A stretch of 64,000 nucleotides of DNA, taken from assembly GCA_965645245.1 (NCBI GenBank), contig OZ287080.1:1860001-1924000 (forward strand), in the 5' to 3' direction. The notes under the pieces are model-generated. The model was not told the origin of the DNA and did not search any database. It worked only from the letters and a program-made list of their open reading frames with translations. Origin of the DNA: Massalongia carnosa. Taxonomy: Eukaryota. Made by a program: the position numbers and the translations under genes. Shown here in pieces: positions 1-13,313 of the stretch. The first letter of the stretch is position 1. Every line of letters starts with the position of its first letter.

Positions 1-1
1 C

Positions 2-316
2 GACTCGGCATACTCGGGACATAGCTTCAGAAAAGGAGCAGCACAACACGCCGCCGACCACGGGATGCTGGATGAGAGTATTCAGAGACTCGGAAGATGG
101 TCATCAAACGCGTTTCAGCTATACTTTCAGACGTCCCAGGCCTCACTGTTCAATTTGAACCTCAGTTTTCAAAAAGGCATCCCTCTGGCAGTCCCACGTG
201 CTGTCGTCACCGAGACGAATCCTACAAACTCCTACCCCTACTCAATTGGGCATTCCATTGGGCGTACAGGTCAACCAGGGCATCGATCCGGAGCGCCGCC
301 GGGCACCTCCATCTAG
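2..316 (+). CDS. C-terminal end of a tyrosine recombinase of DIRS/Ngaro-type retroelements (begins before the window)
   Basis: The frame of ORF 65..316 is open back to position 2 and reads DSAYSGHSFRKGAAQHAADHGMLDESIQRLGRWSSNAFQLYF. This carries the YR catalytic H-x-x-R, LGRW and Y motifs. Confidence 0.85.
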   Translation, partial: DSAYSGHSFRKGAAQHAADHGMLDESIQRLGRWSSNAFQLYFQTSQASLFNLNLSFQKGIPLAVPRAVVTETNPTNSYPYSIGHSIGRTGQPGHRSGAPPGTSI

Positions 317-803
317 ATCATCGCCGTCGGGCACTGCCGTCGGGCATCATCTATCGGATCATTGAGCGTCAGCAGACGCCTCGGGCCTAGAAGATGAGGT
401 TCTCACCTCAGCACCGACCCCGAGTCACGTGCCTAGGCCTGCCCGGGCTGACCTGTGTCGTTCCCATGCCCAATCAAATTCAAGCATTCAAACCAATTCA
501 TCCAATTAAAAGCCCCCCCCAGCGCAAGCGAAGGTAACGGCACCGATAAGGGTCATAGAAAATTAGATAGTTTCCAACGAAAATAATCATTTTTTGTTAT
601 TCAAAGAAAACTAATATCGGGACATCTCTTTTTATTATCTTGAAATCTTCATTCTCTAGATTAAAATCTTCAAGTAAGCTTACCCGATTGGGTAGATTAT
701 CCGTTCCGGAACTGAAACTTCAAAAATTTTTGCTTTCATATCTGCATGTATTTTATTTTTAATTGAATACATATTAATCAATTATTATTCTCTTTGTTAA
801 AAT

Positions 804-974
804 TGTAACGGTTTGACCAAGCGTGGTGCGGACGGCAGGACCTACAGCGAACATAGCAGGAGTCCCAGTTCTGGTATAATAGAGCTTGGTCTGCGGACTA
901 AGTATTGTGCCTTTTGGTCGGGAAGGACTGGTGGCCCAATGGTAGAAATCTATTCACTATCTCGCTTCATCACA
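804..974. mobile_element. Solo LTR, family A (171 bp)
   Basis: TG...CA ends, 5-bp TSD AAAAT on both sides, second copy at 13413..13582. Confidence 0.9.
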
Positions 975-1109
975 AAAATGAATCTTGTTTTTCTGATTTA
1001 CACGTTAAACTTAATTTTTAAATCATTCACCCTTGGACTTCTCTCGTCAATTATTATAAACGAGAAACATTAATTTTTATGTATACGAGCTGTTATGATC
1101 TACCTAGAG

Positions 1110-2340
1110 ATCCTTCTGATGAACGTTCCACGAGGTCTGACCTGAAGGCTGATGTTTACATCACAGCTACCGATGTAAGCCTTTTTCTGGTTTATATCAA
1201 TAACAAATTCTTCTGGTCCAAGTACGTCGTTTCCGATCAGCATATTGGCCTTGAGACCATCCACTATGTGGATTTCACGGGTGATACAGGCCAGAACCGA
1301 CGCGAACCAATACCTCGAACTCGTAGCGGATTTGCCATAAGATGAACCTTAGCGTTAGGAATGTCTCTGTTAATCCACTCTCGATCTCCCAAAGTGGAAC
1401 CACAGCCACTGTCCAGACAGCAATCGGTGGATGGACCTTCCGGGGTAAACTTTACCGCTCCCTCGATTAAGTTCCAGTTACGAAAGCCTAGTCCAAAACC
1501 GAGGTTTTCTGTAGAAGCCTTGGATGTGACTATGATAGGAGTAGTGGTAGTGGTGTCTACTACGGAAGTAGCATAGATGTTCGATCTGTGTTCATTCTCT
1601 TTGTCAACTGACAGTTTGTTAGAAGTGAAATTTGCAAATTTTTTCAAGGTTTTTGAGGTAGGCGATATCCTGGAACATCCAGACCGTAGGTGTTTGTGTA
1701 GTTTGTTCTTCGATGGAAAGGATTCCTGACAGTTGGTGCAGGAAGATTCTATGCCGACAAACCAAGTGAAGTCCTCGGATTCCTCCGGTGCATCCTGCTC
1801 TGCATAGAACATTTCGTTCCCATGATCATCATACCCAGCGAAATTTACCGGCATGTCCTCTGGCTCGACTGAGGATGTTCCGGGGCTCTCCTGCAGATCT
1901 TCGTCGTCTTCAACTGAAGCCTGATACGCCCTCCTATAGCCACCTTGATTTTGTTTGTTTCCTCCTCTTTGATTGCGGTAGTTTGACCTTGGATATCCCT
2001 GTGCAGGACGGTCTGGTTTTGATGAGGAAGCTGATGCGTTTGACGCGTTGGATTATAGCCGTTATGGCGAGAGGGGTTCGACCGGTGACTTGTAAGGCAG
2101 GACCTTGCTGGAACCGCTGTTGATTGTTAGGACCATTCCATTGTTTGTCGGAGGGACTATTCTGCCAGTTGGCGGATCGGGGCTGGTAGTTCCAACTTTC
2201 TGATGAACTACTAAAGAAAGGCCTTTGTTGACCGAGGTTGAACTTACTAGCTGACTTGTTGATTCGGGTGTTAGGCCTGATGTCGTAAGTACGATCAGGT
2301 TTGGAGAATCCAGGCGTCTTCTGCTGGCGAGAGGCTAGTT
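1110..2340 (-). mobile_element. Ty3/Gypsy fragment: gag C-terminus, C2H2 zinc finger and aspartic protease (continues the gag at 7449..8717)
   Basis: ORF 1264..1854 has CTNC...HKHL and the protease motif CLDSG. Another frame downstream reads HIVDGLKANMLIGND. Contains frameshifts and is truncated before RT. Confidence 0.8.
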
Positions 2341-4161
2341 GCTACTGTTGGATGTTAGATGATGAGGCCACCATCATCATGGGCATCCATCATGAGCCTC
2401 GGGAGGTGCCTTGCAAAGTGCCTAAACAAGCAGAGATGGGAGACAAGGTCTGACCGTCAGGGGGACAAGGTCTGACCGTCAGGGGAACAAGGTCTGACCG
2501 TCAGGGGGACAAGGTCCTACCGTTAGGCTCCTAGATTTGACTGTTTTGTGACTGCTATATAAAGCAGACAAATAGCCCACATAGATAATAACCTTCAATG
2601 ACAATCATGCTACTATACCTACAAAGTGAATTTATATTTCGTAGGTTATGAGCCCGGCTCACTTCTACTACGTTTGAATAAACCCCTACATTGATTGGCA
2701 AACAAACTCACCTCCACCTCTTCCACCTACCTCATCCTATATTATATATATATTCCTTTTCATATTCCACTTCAAAATCCAAGCAACCAAAGGGACCCTC
2801 TTTTTCCCCGCTCAGTAACCCTTACTCCTAAGCACGATGGCCAAAGGGGAAAGTCTATACACATTCCCAAAGCTAATGGGGAGTGGAAACTATAAGAAAT
2901 GGTCCAGAGACATGGCCTTCGCCCTGCAGGAGGCGGAACTTTGGAACTACGTGACTGGTGCTCGGAAAATGCCTCGAGAAATTCCCCCTCCACCTCAAAA
3001 AGCTGATGAGACACCCCCGGAGGAAACAGAGGAACAGCTAGAAAAGCGGGACAAACGGGACCTTGAACGCCTAGAGTTCTCGGAGAAACAAAGGAGAGTA
3101 ATTGGTAAAATAGGCAAGTTGTGCACGGATGACGTGCAACAGGAATTCTTGTCGATGAGAGACCTAGCCAATGGGGGCATCTGGGACCCGAAGGACCTTT
3201 GGGAACATCTGAAAACCCGATACACCCTCAGAAATTGGAGTGCGAAATGGAGCACATTCAACCGGCTGGAGGAGATAAACTATGAAAATGCAAGACCATC
3301 GAGGAGTATGGTAGCCTGGTCAGGGATATCAAGGCCGAAATCACCGACATGGCCCTGACCGTTGAGCACATTGTAGTGCTCAAACTTCTCAATGGACTCG
3401 GCAGTTCATTCAACACCTACATGACTATCCTGAACGAACAAGCTCGGCGGGAGGACAAATTCCCGGCGTTGGATGACTTACTAAAAAACCTGGAGGACGA
3501 GGAGGCTCGTATGCTCCAGGACCCTGTCGCTGTAGCTAACATGCTGAAGGCAAAGGGGAAGAAGAACCCCACCGAAGAGGGTAAGAAAAAATGCAAATGC
3601 TGTGGTTATAATCACTCCGGAAAATGCAGGCATAGCAACGCTACATGTAAGAAGTGTAGTAAGATTGGCCATCTGGAACGCGTTTGTGAAAGCAAAGAAG
3701 GTAATGAAACCTAAAACCCCAAATAGTTTGTACAATAGGGGAATGTTCCGGGAAAAGAACCCAGGAAACACCGCTTATTTGTATGGCAAATCTGTACCGA
3801 GGCCCCAAGAATGCCCACGATCTATTGATCGACTCCGGTGCCACCGCGCACATTATATGCAATAAAGATCTCTTTCAAGAAGGGACTTTTCGGAGCGAAA
3901 ATAGCTGTTTAGAAATAGGTTCCGGAGAGGTGTTATCGACAGAGGGGAAAGGCTCTCTACTCGTATCACTGGACAATAGAAATGGAGGTGTAACGGACCT
4001 CATTTTGACCAACGTCCTTTTCGCCCCCGACCTAAAATTCAACCTCATCAGTACAATACAACTCGGCAAAAAGGGCATATCTACGTACCTGATGGCGGAC
4101 GACAAGCCCGCTCAACTGGTGCATAAAGGAAATGTGGTTGGACTGGCCAAAACAATAAATA

Positions 4162-6965
4162 CCGAATTATTTGGCATATAAAACCCCCCTGCAGTATAAG
4201 ACCCCTTTGCCCATAAAACCCTGTTCTGATTGGCTGATTTTTGACCATAGGGGGGCGTTGGGCCATAAAACCAGGTCCTTTTGAATTGAAAGAAAAGATA
4301 CATAAATTAATATGCAAACGTCATCAAAGCTTACGTATCCTTTCTTAGAAATCAATTGAACCGGAAATTTAATCCCCTCTTCTACTCAATTCATCACCGC
4401 TTGCATGTTCTTTTACTTCAACATCAAAAACAGCCTCCTGATCGTTCACGTCATCTTCCAATTCATCCTCCATTACATATTCCATTTCCATGTCTTCAGA
4501 GACAACCTTCTCAGCCTCTACCGACTTCATCGTTTCATTCACGTCTGATTCAGACTCTCGTACCTCCTGAATGTCCTCATGATTGACGGATAGCGCCCAA
4601 TCACCAACCTGAACGTTTGGTATGTCTTTGATCGACAACTCTTCATCTTCTGAACCGTCAACAGCGAGCAATAACCCCAGCTTTCGAAATGTTTGACGAA
4701 TGAGAGAAGCGTGTTTTGTATGCAGTTCTCTCCACGCTTGACCCACCCATTTTGTTAGCATAACCCGTCGATCACCTACTGTGTAGGATCCTTTGCTCCA
4801 TCTCTCGAAATTTTCATCGTAATGAATGTCGGCCAGCTCGGAAATTCGAGTCTTGAGAGGTTTATTGATAGCAACATCGAGAACCTGCACATAACCGGTG
4901 CAACCGGAAGGAATAAAAGAAGCCGTGATGTTTAAATCACGAAAGGCTTGTTTGACCTGCAAATTTGTTAATTAAATGAAGCTATGATTGAATTCAATTT
5001 ACCTCCTGCGTTTTTTGACCTGCAAACACATCTAAGGATAAAAATCGCCGTGTATTAGTGTCATGCAGTCCCACAGTAGCGTATTTGTATTGCTGTTTTA
5101 GCCATCGAATCATGACTTCCGCATTGTAGTAGGCCTTCACATTCCACTGCACAATTACCCCAGAATCGTACATGGTCATCTCTTTTCTGATTCGACTGTT
5201 TTTTGGCCCGTCTTGTCCTTTGAAAATGAGCAAGGGTTTGCAGCGATTGACGCCATCAGCAGAAACATATATCATCAATGTGGCTTGCCTGTTGTCCCAG
5301 CCAGATCGATGAGTTTTCACCCATACCGTTTTGGCTCCCTTGAAATCGTAGCACTGACCCTGAAGAAACTCGTACGCAATCGGAGTTTGATCCATGTTGC
5401 CAATGTCAAAAGTCGATATCTGCCTCCTCCATGCAAAGGAATCTGATGTGAAAGTGGTTGAGAATTGCGACGATTGAATTGCAACCAGCTTTCAATATTA
5501 GCGCGAAAATTCTCTGGCACCTTTGCATGCATCAAATCGGGTTAGTCAGAATGTTTCGTGTCGTTCAACGAATGATTTACCTGTTGAGCTTTTTTGGTTG
5601 GAGTTCTGACAGCTACATGAGTTCGACGTTTAAACCTATCAAACCAGCCATCAGAGAATTTGAACCCGCTATATTCAGTCATCTTATCGGTGACTTTGAT
5701 CACTCTATGAGGATACATTTCGCCGTACAACTTGCGTCCTTGACGAATAAACCAACGTTTGTTGATTTTACGTCCAGCTAATCGAGCTTCTTTAAACAAT
5801 TCCAAAAGACTCTTTTCCAGCTCAGGTTCTTGACAGGGATCTCCTCCACTTTCTTTTCGTCTACCTTTAGAAAGTGTTTCAATATGCATCTTCGTTTTAA
5901 TCCACTGTCTTAACATAGCAGTGGTAATTCCGAGATTCGCCGCTGCAGCATATTTACTGATGAGTTTTAAACCTCCATTCTTTTGCTGCTTCCGGGTAGT
6001 CTCTGCATAACTAATAGCAGCTAATTTCTGCTCTCTGGTGTAGGAAATACGTCGTCGCATCTCATCCTCGTCATCGGGAGCATTATCGATTAAATTGTGA
6101 CCTTCCTCCTCGCGATGAAGACGAAACTGTTCCAGAAGCTGAGTCTCTTGATTGCCAGAAAAAGAGGTTGGTACGGTGGGCATGGAAGGCTGAATATAAA
6201 CGTTCTTTGAAATTCGGGCCTGATTTAAGTAATTCGGCTAAGGCGAAAGGTAATGCCGGGACCGAGTGGAGGCAGGCCGCGAACAGCCAACAAAGGCCGA
6301 AGGACAAAGGAGGATGATGTCCAAAATAGTTGGACAAACAAGGGAGAGAAAGGGCATAAATAGGTGGCCTTTTGGCACTCTTCTCCTCATCATCACCATT
6401 GATTCGGAGTTCAGCACCAAAAGATCTTTTTCCCACCCACCCACTCCCTGAATCAGCCGCATAGGTAGATGGAGTTTTTCCCCTCACTGCTGCCAAAACA
6501 AAGCCATTATAGGAGAGGCCCTCAGCAAAACTGAGCGCCAGCAGGGCAGCAGCGAGGGGAGAGTTGCCCAAACATAGATAGAAATTATGTATATGTTCAG
6601 CTGACACAATGGAGCCCGCGAATTACTGCTACGAAGACTTGAAGACTTCACAGCAGGCCCAGGACGGGGGTGTTTTGAAGCCTGCAGAAGATTCTGAGTA
6701 TGAGGAGCCATAATAATAAGAAGTTTATGAATGAATTGCTGATGAACTGAGTCTAAAACGTTGTTCTTGTAGATCAAAAATGCACGAAATTCAGCAGGGT
6801 GCACGATGCAAATTTAGTACGTGCTTATAGGGGCTGACTAATGCCCCCTCGCCCATAAAACCCCCCTATATAAAAGACCCTATAGTCCATAAAACCCTGT
6901 CCCAAATGACCTTCGGCCGATCAATTGACCCATAAGACTAGGGTCTTGTCTGCCAAATAATTCGG
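4162..6965 (-). mobile_element. pogo/Tigger-like (Tc1/mariner superfamily) DNA transposon nested in Copia A
   Basis: 15-bp perfect TIR CCGAATTATTTGGCA, TA TSD at 4160-61 and 6966-67, and repeated CATAAAACCC subterminal motifs. Confidence 0.93.
4369..6183 (-). CDS. pogo-type transposase with CENP-B HTH and DDE_1 domains; spliced, probably frameshifted near 5420
   Basis: ORFs 5542..6183 (FKFSDGWFDRFKRR), 5317..5535, 4994..5395 (MDQTP, LSLDVF) and 4369..4962 (IPSGCTGYVQVLDVAINKPLK) are colinear and separated by short intron-like gaps. Confidence 0.85.
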
Positions 6966-7005
6966 TAATCAGTATGTTTTGCAGACAACCACTAATAAGC
7001 CCGGC

Positions 7006-8717
7006 TTAACCAGGTAACTCTTTGGTCCTTCCATGATAGGAGCAGGTCCAGATTGGGACTAGTCTAGATTAGCTGTATATAGACGAGCTTGCTCGCATTT
7101 ACACTCCCTTATTATGATGATTACCTTTACAAATGGTATCACTGTCTCGCAGTATAATTGATTACTGTATAGATCACCAGGAGGAGTCCTCTGTAAGAAC
7201 CACTATCCAGGGAAGACGAATAGTAGTCAGCTACCTAAGAGACTAAGCATGAAGAAGAGAAATCAGAAGATATGCCCCGTTTGCCCTTCTTCTCGAAGTT
7301 TCCATCCGGCTCTAGAAGCTTATCTCCGAAGCTTCGGTCGGAAAGAGCCGTTGGATTTAGCGCTCCCACACCCGAGTCCTGACATCCTCCACCAGAAGTA
7401 GCACTTCAACCAGTCTTCCTGCCAAAGCTCACCTCGGTTGAATTCACCGTGGCGAGGCCCAACCTGGCTTCCCAATTCACCTCTGTTTCCCCTCTACAAG
7501 GTTCACCTCCACCTCTTTCGGAGGACCTTATTCTGTTAACCTATCAATTCTTTCATTACCGCAAGGAATACGGCTTTAGCTCGGACATCCTTCCCATTGA
7601 ACGAACCGTTCAGTATATAGTCCACAGCTACAGAAGTCCGGAGGAACCATCATCAGGCCTTGTCCTCCGATCAGGTCGTGCTAGATCTCAGGTCCCCGCT
7701 AACTACCCGTTTCGTTGGAAGTCAGACTCTGCGGCGCTTCGAAGGGTAGTTCTAAACTTCTCTGACCGAACAAGGAGTTTCCGAGAGATATCTCAGTTGC
7801 TACACAACCTCGACCTTGACCTTTCTCCTTCCGTAGGTGGCACCCCGGTCAGAGCCAATACACCAGTGGAGGAACCTACCCCGGAAATCCGAAATCATCT
7901 ACTTGGTCTTCTCACTGCCCCAAACACAAGACAGATCTCGGCCGACGTGGAGTTCGGAAGACCTGAAAGTTTCAGAAGTCATATCAATCAGCCCGCCGTT
8001 ATCATGGATAGCGCTGCCCTCCAAGCTATGATAGCCGCTGCCGTAGCAGATTACTACCGGCAAAACCCACCAGTGCGTGGACCGCCTGGTCCACCTGGTC
8101 CCCAAGGCCCCCAGCCAGAGGTCGATGGACCTGCACCAGGGCAACCAAGGTGGAATGCAGCAGACGTAGGTTTCTTTGACCCCATGTACGATGATAAGTC
8201 TTCCACTACTGGGAGTTCCATTGAGCATGTGGGAAAAGACACATACTTTAGAGATGTTCCTCTATTCATAGAAAGGGTAAAAGATATTTCCGCCATCAAG
8301 GGTGACCAGTTGATTAAAGAAAACCTGTTCACATGCCTTAGAGGCGTAGCTCTACAATGGTATACAGCCGAGCTATCTGACGAAGCTAAGCTTTTGGTAA
8401 GATATGGTCCTGGCGTTGATAATTGGACAACCCAGCTTCACAAGCGGTTCAAAGAGGCACCCAACGTCGCCATGGCGGCTGTAATTAAAGGTAAATACAC
8501 TATGGAAGATGCTCGTCAACATCGAGAGCCCAGAGAATACGCTGCCACCATGCTTCGTGCAGCTAAATCGGCAGAACTTGGCGCCACTGCTAATCACATC
8601 TTCCTCATCTACAACGGCTTGGATGTGGAATTCCAGAGAGATATTCCATTACCTAACGTAGCCACTGACCTAGATGTTTCCTTCGCTCCCTAGATGATCA
8701 TAAACATATCTGGTGGC
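7006..8717 (+). mobile_element. Ty3/Gypsy 5' half: partial LTR ending near 7131, PBS-like TGGTATCA and gag
   Basis: ORF 7449..8693 is gag-like (RWNAADVGFFDP, CLRGVALQWY). After a frameshift it reads LDDHKHIWW up to the Copia LTR at 8718. The LTR 3' end also occurs at 62106..62140. Confidence 0.75.
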
Positions 8718-11700
8718 TATGAAATATAAATTCACTTTGTAGGTATAGTAGTGTAATGGGCTACGAGACCAGTAAGCTAATCACGAGCGACACTGATCTC
8801 GAAAGGGGAAATGCTCAGCGTGAGAGGTGAAAGATAGCTACTACGTGCTAGTCTCCGAGAGTATATGTGATCCTAAGAACTAATGGATGTGGAAGTGCTT
8901 AGACCAAGAGATCTCGTCCGAGACCCAAACATAGGTTGTTCATAGAATAAAGACTGATTGCTAACGAATACTACAGGATTCGTTCTGGTATTTATCCTAC
9001 TCACCCCAAGCCTATAGCCTTGGGAGCCTTGGAACCTTAGGAGCCTTGCAACCCACTTCTGACCTTATCGCCTTACATCCAACCATCCCTCAGGATCCAT
9101 CTACGAACTCAGCGTTCGCTAGATCATCTAGTCAGCCTCGAGCAGCCTTCTAGACCTTCCCTTGCAAGGTAGAACACTTCTACCTCCGGCTAGATCCCTC
9201 ACTACATTACTAGCCCGCCTCTAAACATAAAGTCTAGACGCCGAGGCTATGTAGCTTCATTTCGCCGTCACCACTACCAACGTAGCGATGGAAGGTTACC
9301 TCCGACTGAATCTCTCTCTACACAGCGGACCTGCCTCTAAACAAAAGGTCTAGACCACAAGGTCATGTAGGTTCATTCAGCCGACATCACTACCAACGTA
9401 GTAATAAAGGTGGAAGCTGAAGTTTACACCGGGGAGGCCGAGCTCAAGCTGCGTCCAGCTAGCCGTGCCTCCTATTACAACTCTTGATCCATCAAGAGAT
9501 CGAGTAGCTCCGAGTAGGCCAGTAGATTCCATATAGAGTTCACGGCTAGTCTCCACAGGAGTTCGCCTTACTCCATGGCAATCTACCACCACGGCCTCGG
9601 CAGGTGTTTGATCTGTAAGCAGTCTAGAACGTAGTAACAACTAAATTCGAAGTTGTGTGGCAAGGTGGCGTCGTGTCAGCCTCGACGGCTATGCGACTAG
9701 GTACTACGGCCTGGCTCATGCTAGTTAATCCCGCAACCGCCGTAGGCGATCACGTATCCCTCTAGCGCCATCCGCATTACAAATAGCATGATTGTCATTG
9801 AAGGTTATTATCTATGTGGGCTATTTGTCTGCTTTATATAGTAGTAACAAAACAGTCACATCTAGGAGCCTAAACGGTAGGACCTTGTCCCCCTGACGGT
9901 CAGACCTTGTCCCCCTGACGGTCAGACCTTGTTCCCCTGACGGTCAGACCTTGTCCCCTGACGGTCAGACCTTGTCCCCCTGACGTTCAGACCTTGTCTC
10001 CCATCTCTGCTTGTTTAGGCACTTTGCAAGGCACCTCCCGAGGCTCATGATGGATGCCCATGATGGTGGCCTCATCATCTAACATCCAACACTCCCATTC
10101 AGCCATCTTAAGGCTCTCCGGATATTTTTGCCTCTTTGGGTTTAGCCCATGCCAAGCATTGACTTAAAGTCCTCAAAGGGTTTAGCGGCCAGTGGCTTTG
10201 TAAGCCCATCTGCCACCATCTCTGTGGTAGGGATAAACTTGATGCTTACCCTTCCCAATTCAACCACCTCCCTGATCCAATGCCATTTTATTTCGATGTG
10301 CTTGATTCGACGGTGGAATTCGGGGTTTTCAGCCAATGCAATTGACCCTTGATTGTCCCCCCAAAGTAGGACAGGGGTGTCCTTCTTCCAATATCCTAAC
10401 TCGGCCAGAAATCGCGCGCACCAAATGGCCTCTTTAGCTTATATTCGGCCTCGCAGGTGGATAGGGCGACGGTATGTTGTAGCTTGGAACAGTGGGAAAT
10501 TGGGGCGCCTGCTAACAAAAACGTATAGGCCCCGGTCGATTTTCTCCCATCTTTCGTTCCAGCATAATCGGAGTCCGAGTATCCCACAATGTCATCCTCG
10601 GTGTCTTTTCTAAACACGAGGCCTGTATTTAGGGTACTGGATATATAGCGCATAATGCGCTGAAGATATTTGCAGTGTAATGGGCCTGGGTTCGAACAAT
10701 ATCGACTCAGTACTCCCACTGCATAAGCGATGTCGGGGCGTGTATGCAGGGCTGGCCACATCAGCGAGCCCACTACCGACTGGTACCAGGTAATTGTTTC
10801 CTTGTCGGCCTGGTCATCCGACGGCATGATTGTGTTTCCGGCACCGGGGTCCATGGGGGCGAAAATGGGCCTGCAGTCGACCATATTAAATCGCTGCAGC
10901 ACCTTCTTCAGGTAGGTTGTTTGTCGAAGAGTTATAACCGATTTTTCGATGTTGACATCGACTTCGATTCCCAGATAATGGGAGACTTCTCCCAAGTCCG
11001 TCATGCGGAAACGGGACTTCAATTCGTGTTGCAATTGCTGCAATTTTGAAGTGTCTTTTCCGAAGATGAGAAGGTCGTCAACGTAAATCGCTATAAAGAT
11101 ATCGTCCGATACAAAGACTCCATGATCCGAATATGTTCGTTTAAACCCCATCTTTTGCAGAAAATCCTGCAGGGTCTGGTACCATACACGAGGGGATTGT
11201 TTTGGGCCATATAGGGCCTTTCGTAGTAAGTAGACCTTGTTCTCCCCTTTTTCGAACAAGGTGGGTTGTATGACATATATGGCTTCATCTAGGAAGCCAT
11301 ACAGGAAAGCAGTCACCACATCCATGTGATGAATGGACAGTCCCTTCTTTACACTGATTCCCATCAATGCCTTATAAGAGACTGGTTTTACCACTGTGGC
11401 AAAGGTGTCGAGATAGTCCAGGCCTTCCTTTTGTTTATAGCCATGAACTACCCATCTCGCTTTGTACTTTAGTACTTTCCCATCTCTGTCTTTCTTTATT
11501 TTGAACACCCAGCGACCGGTGATCACCGTTCGATCAGTCGGTGCCCTTTCTAGTGTCCAAGTTTCATTCTCCACTAGCGATTGATACTCGGTCTCCATGG
11601 CCTTTCTCCATTGATCCCAGTGGGGTGAGGACATAGCCTCTTTCAGTGTCAAAGGATCATCGAGGCCCTCATTGTCCTCGCCTCCTGCCATGGTTGCTAG

Positions 11701-13063
11701 CACCCGCACCATGTGCTCATGGGATTTCGGGACCTGGTTTGAACTGAATACGGTGTTGATGCTGGGACGAATATTCTCCAGTGCTCTTTGACTGGGGACC
11801 CTTATTCGTCCAGATCTTCGAGGTTCGATGGGCTGGCGAGGAATGTCCTCCACTTCATCGGAGTCACTCTCCCCCCCAATCTCCTTTTCTCGGCCTCCCC
11901 CCGAAGCATTTTCTCCCATTGGATGTAGCACTATCCGTGGTGCTGGTGGGGCCGTTTCATTTTGAACTTCCGAACTTCTCGATATTTCAGAGCTCGGAGT
12001 TTTCGGAGACAACGAAGATGGCGGATTATGACTTTTGTTTTCATCAACAAAATCATCTGGGTCATCAAACAAAGCATCATCGTCTCCCTCCCATGGAATG
12101 TCGGCTAGGTCCCAGGCCTTTTTGTCCTTGGAATCATATATATTGCCTTCGTCGACGCTGATATCGCGACAAACATGGACTTTTCCAGTGAGAGGATCGT
12201 AAATTCGATACTGATTGTTTCCTTCATACCCAACAAATATCCCCTGCCAGGACCTATCGTCCAGCTTCTTGCGCTTCTCTTTTGGGATATGAACCCACGT
12301 CCTAGCCCCGACCGTTCTCATGTGGCCGAGGAAGGGTTTCGCATTATTCATGCGTTCATATGGAGTGACCTCGTCAACCCCGGGACTTCTATTCTTGATG
12401 TACTCGGCCGTCTTCAGGACCTCCCCCCAAAGGGACTTTGGGAGCTTTTTTAGCCTTCATCATGGACCGAGTGGGGACCATGAGGGTATAATTTTGCCTT
12501 TCGGCCTTCCCATTCTGTTCTGGCACATTTGGTGCCCAGGCCTCCCACTGGATGCCTTCACTCTTTAGGAATTCCTGGAAGTCACCACTGGTGTACTCCC
12601 CTCCTCCATCAGCTAGGAGTCTCTTTATTTTCTTTCCCGATTGATTTTCTATCCATGTCTTGAACTGCTTAAAACATTCGAAGGTTTGACCCTTTGTTTT
12701 CAGCAGGTAGATCCACACTACCCCGGAGAAGTCGTTCTTCATCGTAGCATAAAAACGTTCACCGAACCTTGTCAGTGGAAATGGTCCCCCTAAGTCGCTA
12801 TGCACTATTCCGAGAAATTCTGTTGCTCGGGTTCGTGGAGTGCGATTTATTTTCCACTGTTGTCTTCCCATCATGCATGAGCCGCATACTTCTTCTGGTA
12901 TGGGTCCTTCGATGGTGACTCCATTGGCTAAATGATTTAATTTTAGGATGTTTGGGTAGCTGAGATGGCCGAGTCGTTCGTGCCATGTTTGGATAGGGGC
13001 CTTTGTACCGTTTGTGGTGGTGAGGGCCCGTGCTTCGGTAGGGCTAACACGGAGATAAGCAAG
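8718..13063 (-). mobile_element. Ty1/Copia element A, 3' half: GAG-pre-integrase, integrase, RT, RNase H, PPT and 3' LTR 8718..10091
   Basis: Motifs WHERLGH, VHSDLGG and EQNGKAER; RT KARWVVHG and IYVDDLL; RNase H YSDSDYAG and ADGLTK. The LTR is the reverse complement of 2346..2643 and is split by a nested LTR. Confidence 0.92.
8752..9781. mobile_element. Solo LTR, family B (1030 bp), nested in the Copia A 3' LTR
   Basis: TGTAAT...ATTACA ends, TSD AGTAG/AATAG, inverted copy at 35294..36322, and an internal duplication of about 70 bp (about 9215 and 9333). Confidence 0.88.
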
Positions 13064-13313
13064 TGTTAGAGTACGAAAGCATGCTATATTATATTATTGT
13101 GACAACTAGAAACGAATACAATAGAGATGAAGATGGAAAAGAAAATCGACAACCAGAACCTGCCCCTATATATCCTCTATTGCTCTAGTACCCATGTGGT
13201 ATAGTCGTCATGGAACCTTCTAGTAGCTGCGGGAACGAAATCGAAAGTGCCTGCGTGTTCCATCTACGATTGCCCTAGGCGGTGCCAAGGTCGTGCTGAG
13301 TAGAATCGTGACA
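13064..13313. mobile_element. LTR-like segment at the right inversion breakpoint
   Basis: TG...CA ends and a TATA-like stretch, but the immediate flanks (GCAAG/CGAGC) do not match. Confidence 0.5.

Larger units (their letters stand above)
2346..7005 (+). mobile_element. Ty1/Copia element A, 5' half: LTR 2346..2643, PBS, gag and protease, interrupted by a DNA transposon
   Basis: The LTR carries 23-bp internal repeats and is followed by PBS GGTTATGAGCCC (2644..2655). Frameshifted gag ORFs 2837..3714 include a CCHC knuckle (CKKCSKIGHLERVC). Protease motif LIDSGAT is in 3783..4181. The frame resumes at 6968 once the nested element is removed. Confidence 0.9.

Noticed and set aside
2..316. Starship captain recombinase
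   Set aside because: The compact HSFR...LGRW...Y ending fits DIRS/Ngaro-type YR. I saw no captain-like gene or element boundary.
6425..6447. 19-nt match TTTCCCACCCACCCACTCC with about 52399..52417
   Set aside because: Low complexity with no flanking homology.
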